Position numbers and translations under genes: made by a program. From Octopus vulgaris (Eukaryota), in NCBI GenBank assembly GCA_951406725.2, contig OX597824.1, positions 34,720,001-34,784,000 of the forward strand: 64,000 nt of DNA. Reading direction: 5' to 3'. Below the pieces are notes generated by a model. It had not been told where the DNA came from. It worked only from the letters and a program-made list of their open reading frames with translations, and made no database searches. Positions 1 to 12,279 of this stretch are shown here, in pieces (positions within the stretch are counted from its first letter, which is position 1; every line of letters starts with the position of its first letter).

Positions 1-197
1 AGTATCTAATTCTCTCACCCTTATTAATTAATCATAATTATGCTGCATTTATTTCTAAATGCTGTATTTGTTTTCCGTGAGAGTTTGGCGCGCTGTTAGT
101 TGGGGCATTTGAATTATAACGTCGGATGTAATCAATTGAACCACACGCGTATTTATCGTTATGGTAAAATCTGGCGTGTGATTGAGTGGATTTCATC

Positions 198-293
198 CAG
201 ATAGTTTTGGCTGACGAGCTACAAATGGATTTTTTTGTAAGTAAAATTACATTTAATTCATTAATAGCGAAACAATTGTCCCAAAATAATCTG
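198..293 (+). ncRNA. Type I hammerhead ribozyme, copy 1
   Basis: Stem I gttttgg(204-210)/ccaaaat(281-287), extended by cagat/atctg. Core CTGACGA 211-217; stem II gcta/tagc; GAAA 269-272; palindromic stem III caattg; GUC cleavage triplet ending at 280. Confidence 0.8.
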
Positions 294-732
294 TATTTTT
301 GTTATTTTTTATTTGCCCTGTCCGTGTGAGCTAACAATCGTACTGACTTTCATGGGAAACATGTATTTTCGTGGTTGAAACCTTTTGGATTAACTGGTGC
401 TAGAGTGAGCCATATAATGACCACTCTCTTATATTTATTTTGTAAAAATATTATAATATGTTATAAAATATTATAATAATCCAGGTTTCTCGTAGCACTA
501 GGCCACTTGGTGTTGAATAGATATACTATTAAATTAGTATCTAATTCTCTCACCCTTATTAATTAATTATAATTATGCTGCATTTATTTCTAAATGCTGT
601 ATTTGTTTTCCGTGAGAGTTTGGTGCGCTGTTAGTTGGGGCATTTGAATTATAACGTCGGATGTAATCAATTGAACCACACGCGTATTTATCGTTATGGT
701 AAAATCTGGCGTGTGATTGAGTGGATTTCATC

Positions 733-829
733 CAGATAGTTTTGGCTGACGAGCTACAAATGGATTTTTTTTGTAAGTAAAATTACATTTAATTCATTAA
801 TAGCGAAACAATTGTCCCAAAATAATCTG
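733..829 (+). ncRNA. Type I hammerhead ribozyme, copy 2
   Basis: Same fold as copy 1: CTGACGA 746-752, GAAA 805-808, cleavage triplet ending at 816. Confidence 0.8.
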
Positions 830-1072
830 TATTTTTGTTATTTTTTATTTGCCCTGTCCGTGTGAGCTAACAATCGTACTGACTTTCATGGGAAACATGT
901 ATTTTCGTGGTTGAAACCTTTTGGATTAACTGGTGCTAGAGTGAGCCATATAATGACCACTCTCTTATATTTATTTTATATTATATATATATATATGTAT
1001 ATATATATATGTATATATATATGTATCTATATATATGTATATGTATATATATTTATGTATATATGTATATAT

Positions 1073-1279
1073 CTTTTACTTATTTCAGTCATTTGACTGC
1101 GGCCATGCTGGAGCACCGCCTTTAGTCGAGCAAATCGACCCTGGGATTTATTCTTTGTAAGCCCAGTACTTATTCTATCGGTCTCTTTTGCCGAACCACT
1201 AGGTGACGGGGACGTAAACACACCAGCATCGGTTGTCAAGCAATGCTAGGGGGACAAACACAGACATAGAAACACACAT

Positions 1280-1315
<36 letters not shown>

Positions 1316-1479
1316 GACAGGCTTCTTCCAGTTTCCGTCTACTAAATCCACTCACAAGGCATTGGTCAGCCTGGGGCTAAAGCTGAAGACACTTGCCGAA
1401 GGTGCCACGCAGTGGGACTGAACCCAGAACCATGTGGTTGGTTAGCAAGCTACTTCCCACACAGCCACTCCTGCACCTG
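1073..1479 (-). mobile_element. tRNA-derived SINE (cephalopod-type)
   Basis: The minus strand begins ggtgcaggagTGGCTGTGTGG...GGTTCAGTCCC (A/B-box-like) and has an internal (CA)/(TA) tract. Many copies occur in this window. Confidence 0.85.
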
Positions 1480-1683
1480 TATATATGTATATATATGTAT
1501 ATATATATGTATGTATATATATATATGTATATATATATATGTATATATATATATGTGTATATATATATATGTATATATATATATATGTGTATATATATAT
1601 ATGTATATATATATATGTGTATATATATATGTATATATATATGTATATATATATATGTATATATATGTGTATATATTTATATG

Positions 1684-1752
<69 letters not shown>

Positions 1753-2025
1753 GTATATATATATATGTGTATATATATATATATATGTATGTATATATAT
1801 ACATATGTATATCTATATATATGTATATATATATCTTTGTATATATATATATGTATATATACATATATGTGTATATATATGTGTGTATATATATATATAT
1901 GTGTATATATATATGTGTGTATATATATATGTATATATATATATGTATATATATGTATATATATATATGTGTATATATATGTATATATATGTATATATAT
2001 ATATGTATATATATATATATGTATA

Positions 2026-2070
<45 letters not shown>
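1480..2070. repeat. (TA)n/(TATG) microsatellite
   Basis: Direct inspection; it produces the spurious YI-rich ORFs. Confidence 0.98.
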
Positions 2071-2074
<4 letters not shown>

Positions 2075-2810
2075 TCATCATCAACATCATCATCGTTTAA
2101 CGTCCACTTTCCATGCTAGCATGGGTTGGACGGTTCAACTGGGGTCTGGCAAGCCCGAAGGCTGCACCAGGCCAGTCAGATCTGGCAGTGTTTCTACAGC
2201 TGGATGCCCTTCCTAACGCCAACCACTCCGAGAGTGTAGTGGGTGATTTTATGTGCCACCGACACAGGTGCCAGACGAGGCTGGCAGACGGCCACGCTCG
2301 GATGGTGTTTTTTATGTGCCACCGACACAGGTGCCAGACGAGGCTGGCTGACGGCCATTCCAGATGGTGTTTTTTATGTGCCACCGACACAGGTGCCAGA
2401 TGAGGCTGGCGGACGGCCACGCTCGGATGGTGTTTGTTACGTGCCCTCAGCACGGAGGCCAGTCGTTGCGGTACTGGCTACGGTCACGTTCGGATGGTTT
2501 TCTTATGTGCCACCGGCACTGGTACCACAAGGATACAAATTCCATTGATGTTCATCTATTTTGATTTGGTTCGATTTGATTTGATTTGATTCGATTCTCA
2601 CTTGCCTCAACAGGTCTTCACAAGTGTCACAAGAAGGAAGGTATGCACAGGTGGACTGACTACGTCCCAGGTAGGGGCCACAGATTATGGCTTCACTAGT
2701 CTTGCCGGGTCTTCTCACGCACAGCATACTTCCATAGGTCTCGGTCTCTAGTCATTTCCATGGTGAGACCTAACGTCCGTAGGTCGTGCTTCACCACCTC
2801 GTCCCAGGTT
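2071..2810 (-). mobile_element. RTE-LINE 3' end / RTE-dependent SINE with (ATG)n tail and internal ~60-bp tandem repeats
   Basis: (cat)n tail followed by gtttaacgtcc...ccatgctagcatggg. The same family occurs at 22840-23520 and 63023-63341. Three copies of atgtgccaccgacacaggtgccaga. Confidence 0.75.
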
Positions 2811-2814
2811 TTCC

Positions 2815-2845
<31 letters not shown>

Positions 2846-2850
2846 GTTTT

Positions 2851-2893
<43 letters not shown>

Positions 2894-2934
2894 ATATGTA
2901 TATATTCAGATGAATGCATTTAAACAAATTTTAC

Positions 2935-3370
2935 ATAATATACATCTGGAAGATCCTGGAAGGACTTGTCCCAAACTTTGACATCGAGAGTTATATAAAT
3001 ACAAGAACTGGGCTCCACTGCTTAGTGCTAAGGACTCCAAATTTTCTATCAAGATGTAGGACAAGATACTGCAATAGCCTGGGCTTCAGAGGTCCACAGC
3101 TCTTCAATATTCTCCCAAAGGACCTGAGAGACCTGGATGGGGTGGATGTTGGTGTCTTCAAAATAAATTAGGACCTCTTCCTGTCAGGTGTCCCAGATGA
3201 ACCAACTTCGTGAGAGGAGGTGCAAATGAGTGCAGCTGCATCAAACTCTCTCATGCACCAAATGTCAATTGCTAAAAAGCATTCATGAAGTAAAATCATG
3301 TAGCAACACAAAATGGTGGTGCCCCAGCATGTCCACAGCTCCTGAGCTGAAACTAGATGAAAAGATAAAA
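2935..3370 (+). mobile_element. CR1/L2-like LINE 3' fragment
   Basis: Translates IYIWKILEGLVPNF...YCNSLGFRGPQLFN, matching the C-terminus of the LINE at 46461-49440. Confidence 0.85.
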
Positions 3371-4847
3371 AAAAGAATTTCATATTCTTGACATTGGATA
3401 TTTCCGAATTGCCAGGTTGCACATTGTGATCTTGAGAAAAAATACTTCATCTCATGTTACTCTGCAATTACTTTGACATCTGATGTGTGGCACAGGTATA
3501 TGCATTGTATATGTGATGGAGGGAATGAGCTAATATACTGCACATTTTGACTACGCATATTTTACGAGTATTTTAATATTTTATATCAGATGTTAGAGAA
3601 GACTAACATCAACAACAGATTTAAAGTAAGTATGTGTAAAGAAGAATTATCACATTTCCTTGTATCTTAAAGAGTAGCCATTCAGTGGTAGAATAAATGG
3701 TAGAATCAGAAATATTGACAAAAAGTGTTAGTAAATTTAATATTTTTGATGAGAAAAGTAATTGAGATAGAAGTGAGGAGGATCAACAAGATTCTAATAT
3801 ACACAGGTAAAATTATGAATGTTGTTGATAATGATAAATGTCAATAAAGACGAGATGTGCAAGAAGATAATGATGATGATTCTGCAAAAGCCAGCAGCAG
3901 ACTAAGATTTTAGTAAGAAGGGAAATCAGACTCTGATACCATCAGGAAAATGATAGTTTTTGATATGCAAAAAACTGAATAGGTAGAAATTTCATATAGC
4001 ACACCCAATGTAAATTATGGACATAAAACAAGTGTAAGTGAGGTCACTGGCTTACAGAGAAGGTAGACTTTGTATGCACAGGAAGAGTTTGCAGATAGAG
4101 CTTATGTAAGTCTTTTAAATGCTCAAAAAACCTAGTTGATCTAATTTACTGTGTAAGTGAGTGTTCCAAAAGCATAGAAGCTGTAGGATGAATGAGGTGG
4201 TAAACGGCATTGATGATAATGTGAAAATGGAAGGTTAACATTTTTTATTTCTATATTTTAATATTGATTTGTAACTGGACTACATATGTAGCCAGTATTA
4301 TTGGTTTCAAATATTGCCACAAAGTCTGCAAGTTTGGTTGAAAGAGTAAGTCGATTACATTGATCTCAATCCTTAACTGGTACTTTTTTTTATCAGAATT
4401 CTTCCAGCTCACCACCTTATGCAGTAAATAATTTTGGTATTCACATGTATTTACTAATATTGATGTATATTCTATGGAAGTGCATTGAAGCTGATTCTTA
4501 ACTCCTATTTAATTGCACAGAATTATATTAATAGGAAGAAGGACTTCTTTCTGCTGTTATTGAGTCTAGACATTCACAAACATTTCTACTGCAAGTTTCT
4601 GACATTTAAGGGGACATGGTGATCTTTAATGTTAAAGATGAAATTCAGCAATAAAAGTATTGGAGCTTGTTGGTGGGAATCTCTCTTGTAACATTGTGGG
4701 AACAACAATCATTCAAATGTTGACATGAAAATTGTAACCTTAAATATTTTCTTTCCTGCTTAAATTTTGTCAACCTTGGCCTACTTTAACATTTACTATC
4801 AGTGTAATGTTTATGTTCACATAAATGGTTTCCCTTTACTTTTGCAG

Positions 4848-5002
4848 CATGTCGTGAATGGACAACTCCTATTCGTAATCAAACAAAAGGGAACAACATT
4901 ATTGTGAATTTTGAAGAAGGACCTTCAAAGTGTGATATAAAAAAATATAAAGTATCAATTTTTTATGCGAAACCACCCCATTCAGAAGTGGTGGCTCCCG
5001 AG
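4848..5002 (+). CDS. IL17R: IL-17 receptor-like gene, internal exon (ectodomain)
   Basis: tttgcag acceptor and GAG|gtttgt donor. Open frame CREWTTPIRNQTKGNNIIVNFEEGPSKCDIKKYKVSIFYAKPPHSEVVAPE; phase 1 to 0. Confidence 0.7.
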
Positions 5003-5739
5003 GTTTGTCAAATTTCACAATTTCAGTGTTTTTAAAATTCCTCTAATCTTCAATAATAATTAGAGAAAATATTTCTTCTTTTTCTAATCGTTATTTCATT
5101 ATCTTCATTCATATTACCCATTAATTAGTTTTTAGTCAAACTCAATGATATAAAACTTATTCTATTGCATTGTTTAACTGATTTGTCCTGGTAAATTAAT
5201 TTTGACTATATTGATGTTAACTATTTTATAATATCTGTAATAAATGTAACTTTGCTTCAATACACTCCCTTGTCTTGTCACTCTACACATTCTTATTATT
5301 TTCAGTGAATTTTAGCCATAAAACTTAGTATTGAAATTTTTTTCCCATTTCTCTAACAGATCTAGTTCTGGCTTTAAAACAAAACAAAGAAAATTAGTTT
5401 GTGGCTATTTTGCTTTACATGATGTAATTATGTAAAGAATGATTGTTTTGGGCATATCAATACTATTACTAGAAAAATCCATTTTGTTTTATTTTTATTT
5501 TTTTGTTATTTCAACTATTAAATTACTGATTTTTATCTTGACTAAAACTAATTTTAACCATTGAATTCAGTAAAATATAAATCATTTCACCAAATTTAAT
5601 GAGACCAGAATAATTGGCATATTTTTAAATTCTATTTTATAGTTACACCAGGTATCAAATCTTTGAAAATTATAGATTTATTATGAAAAATGTTCAGAGA
5701 ATCTATTTATAGGCCAACTTTATTATTTTTTTTTTTCAG

Positions 5740-5799
5740 ATAACCCCAAATCTAACCCAGGAATTTCTTGGACTATGTGATGGAAACTACTACATAACT
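5740..5799 (+). CDS. IL17R: IL-17 receptor-like gene, internal exon
   Basis: poly-T-cag acceptor and gtaagt donor. ITPNLTQEFLGLCDGNYYIT; phase 0 to 0. Confidence 0.7.
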
Positions 5800-6159
5800 G
5801 TAAGTTATTCTCCATATTGGTCTTTGTTTACTACATTTTGTTACATTATTACATTTAAAAGGAATTCTGTTAAATAGGATAATTGCATAAATCATTGTTG
5901 TATATGTTCCCTGACTTTCCTTCTTGTGGAACTTTCCACATTTTCAAGTTGTCAGGACTTTCCACTAGCTATGTAATTTTAAAAAAACTTGTCTCTTCCA
6001 TGACAAACACTTATACACATACTCACATATTTACTGCTATCAATTCTTTACCAAACTAGGGACTTTTTTTCTTTTCCAAACTTTGCATTAGTTGTATAAG
6101 TTGACTCGACATTTCATTACTGTTTTATAGTCTTGTTTCTAAATTTCTAAATTTTACAG

Positions 6160-8025
6160 GCTTCTAACACCTCACCCATTATTACAGGCTTTTCTACTTT
6201 TCATGCAACAGCCCAGTTACTCCGAGAAAATATCTGGAAATGTTTTATTTTTTGTTTCAATCCCTCAGCCATATTTGAACCTTCAACTGAACTGACTATA
6301 TTCCCACACAAAACACTTTTGGGCATATTCCACAATTTGAATAGTTCCATCCACTCTGTGTCGAATAGATTAACTGAAATTTTTAGCTCATAAATTTTTG
6401 CCATTTTAATTTAGTCACAAACTGTTACATTAAATGAAATTCACCGACAAAATACAGTCTTTTACCTATAACACCATATGCTACTTTTGTAATGTTTTTT
6501 CGCTTACAATGGTAATATCACTTCCAGTGTCTAACTGCATTTTTACTCTTATATTTGTAACTAGCAGTATCGCCCGGCGTTGCTCGGGTTTGTAAGGGAA
6601 ATAACCATATAAGCATTTTTAGAGAGATACTTCCCTTATATAACCCAAGCAAATATCATTAAAAATGCGGAAAAATGATGGTAAATTTTTTTTAAAATTG
6701 TAGACTCATCGTAGACACGTGCTAATGCCCAGAAGTGCTCGATATGAATCACGACTATAAGATACCCGCATTTGGTTAAACTGTACCGCAAAATGTGGGA
6801 GTAGTTAGGAATCTAAATCGGAGGAGACAGGGTCTCACACACACAACTTCAATTTTATATATAAAGATTTTCACATTTACGAATTTTCTTTTTACCATTT
6901 TCTTTCAATGACATACTGTTTATTCATTTTTCTTTGTTCCAATGTTTTGTGATGTTGGTTTTACAGTGCGCTTTTACGTGTCCAATTTTTTCACAGTGGA
7001 AGCATCCTGCTTTCTTAAATGGATAGTTTTTCCTCAGGTGTAGACCTCCACATGCAAAACATGTTGTTTTTTTTTTCTGATTCTTGTCCTGTTTGTACTA
7101 TATTTTAGTACACACTTGATTTCTATTCTGCCTATTTCACACTTGTTTCATTTGGGAGCAATCTTTTTGACCAATTTTCTCTGTGTTGTGTCTTAAATTT
7201 ACTATTCTTTCACACTCTTCTGACACTTGGTTTTGTTCCAGCTTAGCAAGAATTCTTGTTCTTACTTCAGCATCTTTCTTTGCAGTTGATCCCTGAGTAA
7301 ATATCAGGCATTTGGACATATCTGGCATTAATTTATCCAGCTTGAACTTTTCACATTCCCTGTTAACTCTACCAGCATATGTGATGTAGTCCTCCTCGTT
7401 CTTTTCTAGGTTCAAACATTTCCAATGTGTATTGAATAACAAGCTTTTCTCACTAAAAATTTTACACTATATCTTTATTGTATCTTTAAAGTTTATGTCA
7501 GAAGGTTTTTTTTTTCAGGAATATGTAATTGCTGTAATGCTCATGTTCTCCTGCCAGTTTTCGTAACATAGATTAAACATGTTTTCATACCACCGTCCCA
7601 ATCTTTGCACTCTTTATTGAAGATTTGTTTGTATCTTCTATAGGTAACTCCTTTCTCCGGTTTATACTTAAAAAAACTCTGTTATCAAGTTCGCAACGTT
7701 ATCCAGCAAGAACATTTTTTCAGCATTTCCTGACAACTTACTCTTCTTAGATTGCAGCATCTGTTGCCGTAATAGTAATTGTTATTGTTGTTGCGTCTTC
7801 TGTTATTCTTGTTGTTGTTTTTGTTGCTTCTACTGTTGTTCTTGCAGTTGTAGCTGCTGCTGTTGTTTTTTTCAGTTGTTCTTACAGTTGTGCAGTTGTT
7901 GTTCTTGCAGGTGTAGCTGTTGCTGTTGTTCTTTCAGTTGTTGTTGTTGCTGTTGTTTTTGTTTCTGCTGCTGTTCTTGCAGTTGTAGCTGCTGCTGCTA
8001 TTGTTGTTGTTGTTGTAAAAGACAT
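6160..8025 (-). mobile_element. Decayed Gypsy-type LTR retrotransposon gag-protease fragment
   Basis: Poly-Q N-terminus (7750-8020), ORF 7137-7442 (YAGRVNRECEKFKL...CLIFTQG), zinc-knuckle-like CFHCEKIGHVKAHC and aspartic protease motif MQLDTGSDITI. Confidence 0.75.
6561..6867 (-). mobile_element. Non-autonomous Helitron
   Basis: The minus strand starts TC(tttatat) and ends with hairpin cccgagcaacgccggg plus CTAG, inserted between A and T with no TSD. It splits the Gypsy protease frame. A second copy is at 27997-28300. Confidence 0.8.
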
Positions 8026-8162
8026 GAAGGAATAAAGATATAAAGTAATTTAGCAGAGCCTCTTCAAAACTTATTTTTAATATGTTCATATCAAAATAAT
8101 ATTTGAATGATATGAAATTTTTATTTCCTTTTTTCATGTAGAATATGATAATAGTTGATGAC

Positions 8163-8215
<53 letters not shown>

Positions 8216-9461
8216 TAAAATAATAATAATAATAATAATGATAACAACAACATCGAAAAATACCTTAGGAATGAGAATCCAGATTCGAAATTTCCCCAAG
8301 ACACCTGTTAAAGGCTGGAGAGTATATCAGCTGAGACGTTGTGTTAACAACAAAGAAGATGAAGACAAATATCTGTCAAGTGCAAATAATGTAATTAATG
8401 TACATAATTCCTCATCTTTTAAATATAGAACTGTAGACCAAGGTTGATTAAATTTAAGCAAAAAAGAAAATATCTAAGATTACAATTTTCATGTCAATAT
8501 TTGAATGATCTTTGTTCCCACAATATTACAAGAGACATTCCCACCAACAAGCTTCAATATCTTTATTGCTGAATCTCATCTTTAGCATGCTCTGAGTGTA
8601 TTGTTTTTAGAATGTGAATAAGATGGGGAAAGTTCAGAGCTACTACCTCTGTTAGCAACTAAAGGACTCTCTCAGAGTAAAAGGTAGCTTGCTTGATGCT
8701 AGTGTACAAATGGCTATACTCCATGGTAGTGAGACATGGGCTCTGAATACAGAGGACATGTGTAGGCTAGAGAGGAATGAAGGCAGTATGCTCTGCTGGA
8801 TGTGATAAACCTTGACACTTATTGCCATCCATCCCCAGTTCTTCCTGTTTCCTACTCTCTCTCTCTCTCTCTCTCTTTTCCTTGCTTTTCCCTCTGGCTG
8901 AGTAATCATATATCTACTCTACAGCAACAAACCTGTTTTTGCCCTCATTCTTGATCACTCTCTCTCCCTCTTTCTCTTGCTCTTACTTCTGGCTAGGTAA
9001 CCATGTATCCCCTTTACAGCAGCATACCGCTTTCTTGTTAACTCACCCTCTCTCTTTAGGTAACCATGTCCCTCCTCTTCAGCAGCACACCCGTTTCTGC
9101 CCTCTCTCTGGCTGGGTAACTATGTACCTTCTCCGTAGCAAGACATCTGTTTCTGTCTCTCTGTCACACTCTAACTTTTCATCATCTAACACAAGATCAC
9201 CTCCAATGACCCTCCTCTTTCAAAGATTCCTCATCTTGCAAAGTTACTTGGTGACCTTGCCAGTGCAGGTGCTACAAAAAAAGCACCAAGTACACACAGT
9301 AAAGTGGTTGGTGTTAGGAAGGGCATCCAGCTGTAAAAACCATACCAAAACAGACACAAGCATGGTACAGGCTGCTGCCTTCCCAGCTCCTGTCAAACTA
9401 TCCAACCCATTCCAGTATGGAAGGAGGACATGAATAAATACATGTATGTATGTACTCTTAA

Positions 9462-9868
9462 CTCTTTTACTTGTTTCAGTCATTTGACTGCGGCCATGCT
9501 GGAGCACCACCTTTAATCGAGCAACTCGACCCCGGGACTTATTCTTTTGTAAGCCCAGTATTTATTCTATCGGTCTCTTTTGCCGAACCGCTAAGTAACG
9601 GGGACATAAACACACCAGCATCGGTTGTCAAGCAATGCTAGGGGGACAAACACAGACACACAAACACACACACATACACATACATATACATATATATACA
9701 TATGTACGACGGGCTTCTTTCAGTTTCCGTCTACCAAATCCACTCACAAGGCTTTGGTCAGCCCGAGGCTATAATACAAGACACTTGCCCAAGGTGCCAC
9801 GCAGTGGGACTGAACCTGGAACCATGTGGTTGGTAAACAAGCTACTTACCACACAACCACTCCTGCGC

Positions 9869-9869
<1 letters not shown>
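9462..9869 (-). mobile_element. tRNA-derived SINE
   Basis: Same family as 1073-1479. Confidence 0.85.
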
Positions 9870-9899
<30 letters not shown>

Positions 9900-10009
9900 T
9901 GTATGCATGTATGCATGCATACATGCATGCATGCATGCATGTATGTATGTTATGGAGATGTACTTGCATATTAAGTGACTTGATCTGATATCGTGTGCTG
10001 AAACAAAAG

Positions 10010-10238
10010 CAATTGCAGTGTGGAAGATGTTTGAAAGCCATTTAAGATCACACAAAAACCATTAGTTTCACTTCAACAATTGAATTTAATTTGTGTCCAC
10101 AAAGTTTTGTCAGTGAACAGGTTACGATTTTAAAGTGACAAAAATATTTTGACACAAATTAAATTTAAATGTTGAAGTGAAGCTAATGGTTTTTGTGTGT
10201 TCTTAAATGGCTTACAAACATCTTCCATGCTGCAATTG
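10010..10238. mobile_element. Foldback MITE with ~88-bp inverted arms
   Basis: caattgcagtgtggaagatgtttg... at the left end is the near reverse complement of ...caaacatcttccatgctgcaattg at the right end. Confidence 0.8.
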
Positions 10239-10430
10239 TATATGTGTGTGTGTGTGTACATACATAAGTCATCTAAGAGTCTATAAGTCAGGGAAAGAAT
10301 GCACTTGCATATCTGTTAATAGAGTGGGTATATTATCCAAAATGCACAGTATTATATATCCATCATGGCTGAGCTTACCAATTGGTTTCACACAAGGAAT
10401 ACAATGGAATGTTTGGTAACAATCTGATTA

Positions 10431-10942
10431 CCGTAAATCCTCGAGTATAATCCGCATTTTTTCCCAAAACTTTAAAGGTCAAAATCCCTAGTGTGTACTA
10501 TATATGAGGTTAAAAATGAAACTTATTTTCTAAGCAATGTCCGCGTCTCTATTTGCTGTCTGGCAATGTTTATTCAGACGCATTTTGTGATGTCGTGCAT
10601 GAATATACCTTAAGCTAAGCCTGAAAGCAATGAAGTCATAGAAGAATCATCCATAACTTGCAGTAAGCAACATTTATTCAACGTTATTACTGTTATTTCT
10701 TTATTTTCTGCAAACAAAATGCACACAAAAGCTACATGTTTGCATTATGTTATATATACAATAATAATAAAGGATGTTACAGTATACATTTTTACAAACC
10801 AAGGAAGTTATATAGACCTCTTTGACTCAAGTTAGAGAAAGGGTGTGTATTATACTCAAGGTTTAGGTTTTTCAGAGGTACAGCCCCCTAAAAATCCCCT
10901 GCGTATTATACTCAAGGGTGGACTATACTCGAGGATTTATGT
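10431..10942. mobile_element. pogo/Tigger-type MITE
   Basis: TA|ccgtaaatcctcgagtata TIR and the reverse TIR tatactcgaggatttatg. Confidence 0.75.
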
Positions 10943-11826
10943 TCATCAGAGTTAGCTGATATGGAAGGGAATATGACAACTGCTCTCTATTGTCAGAGGT
11001 GAATTAACACATCTAGTTTGTGGCTGCTGTGAAAAAGGGTCAGGGGATTAGGCTTGGAGTTATGTCCGTTGGTTGGGTTCGCTGTAAGGCCGGTAAGAGT
11101 TATCTTGAAGTGTTTATGGGTAAAGTGTATGTTATTAAATGTGGTGCTCTTTCCTTCAACTGGCTTTGGCCTCTACAGATTAATTTCTATGTAAGATTTC
11201 TTTTATTGCACATGTTAGAAATGATCCCCTCAGAACTCCATTAAAAAAATTATTTTTTACAGAATTTTGAGAAATCATTTAAAATTAATTTTGGACTTGA
11301 TTAATGTTGTTTGGGCTCTAACAATACATTGTCTTGCTTCTTTTGTCTGAAGAAGTAGAACTTTAAGACTACTTGCATTCGTTATTTCCTTGCTAGGATG
11401 ATCATCTTCCTCATTATCATATAATGTCTTTTTCTCCATGCTGGAATAGGCTGGACATTTTGACAGGAACCAATGAGCCAGAGGGTTGTGCCAAACTACA
11501 TCTGCTTTGGTATGGTTTCAACAGCTGGATATCCTTCCTTATGCCAACCACTTTACAAAGTGTATTGGGTGCTTTTTCTGTGGCACCAGCACTTGTGAAA
11601 TCATAAGTGAAGTATAGTATTGAGGGAAGTGAAAGTGTGTCAGAGGGACAGGGGTAGGTGTCTTGCTGAAGAGGTGAATACATGTGGCTTCCCCAACTGG
11701 AAAGAAAGAAAGATGTGAGGTTAAAGTACAAGGATATGTTATGATGAATGTATTGAAGCTTCTTTCTCATTTGTTTGTTTATTTAAATATTTATTCAGTA
11801 GATGTGTTTTTTTTTTCTTTTTAAAG

Positions 11827-11929
11827 GTTGAAATATTTGATGAATTTCGGAATGATAGTAAGAAATGTATATGTAAACAATATATATATTGTAACGGATG
11901 TAAACGGTCAAGGACCAATGATTTTACAG
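11827..11929 (+). CDS. IL17R: IL-17 receptor-like gene, Cys-rich membrane-proximal exon
   Basis: poly-T-taaag acceptor and G|gtaagc donor. VEIFDEFRNDSKKCICKQYIYCNGCKRSRTNDFT; phase 0 to 1. Confidence 0.75.
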
Positions 11930-12279
11930 GTAAGCAAAACTAAAATAATGCCCAAGAAAAATCATTATTAAAATGCAGATTATATGTTGTGTATTTTGCA
12001 TAAAATGTTTGGGAATCAGCATCAAAGGTTGATGGGGAATGGATATAAGATCTGTGGGAGCTTCAGAGTAATATAGTTGCATGATGGTTGAAGTAATGAG
12101 TAAGGTGCTTAATGGATGTATGGGAAATAAGACAGTATATATAATGGGAGGAATTAGGATGATGGGTAGCCAGCCAGTTCTGATGAGCAGCAGATAGTAG
12201 TGGTAGATAAAACAGACAGTGAGGTCACAATTTGAAAATAGTGATTGAATATTATTTTCAAATAAAGGGTTGCTTTATA

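Larger units (their letters stand above)
1..978 (+). repeat. Tandem ~535-bp repeat (about 1.8 copies in the window), each unit with a hammerhead; Penelope pLTR-like or retrozyme-like
   Basis: The sequence starting at 1 (agtatctaattctctcaccc) recurs at 536 with only a few substitutions. Copy 2 ends in an AT-rich tail and (TA)n. Confidence 0.85.

Noticed and set aside
1405-1479. tRNA genes at SINE heads
   Set aside because: A/B-box-like heads run on into SINE bodies and no complete cloverleaf is evident.
1393-2216. Long YI/CI-rich ORFs (also at 46217-46517 and 49348-49701, and poly-I ORFs at 7934-8447 and 51545-52584)
   Set aside because: Translations of (TA)n or (ATT)n microsatellites, which lack stops in some frames.
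3590-3625. Candidate extra IL17R exon (cag|ATGTTAGAG...AAA|gtaagt)
   Set aside because: Only the phase 0-0 frame is open, which is incompatible with the phase-1 acceptor at 4848; no other support.
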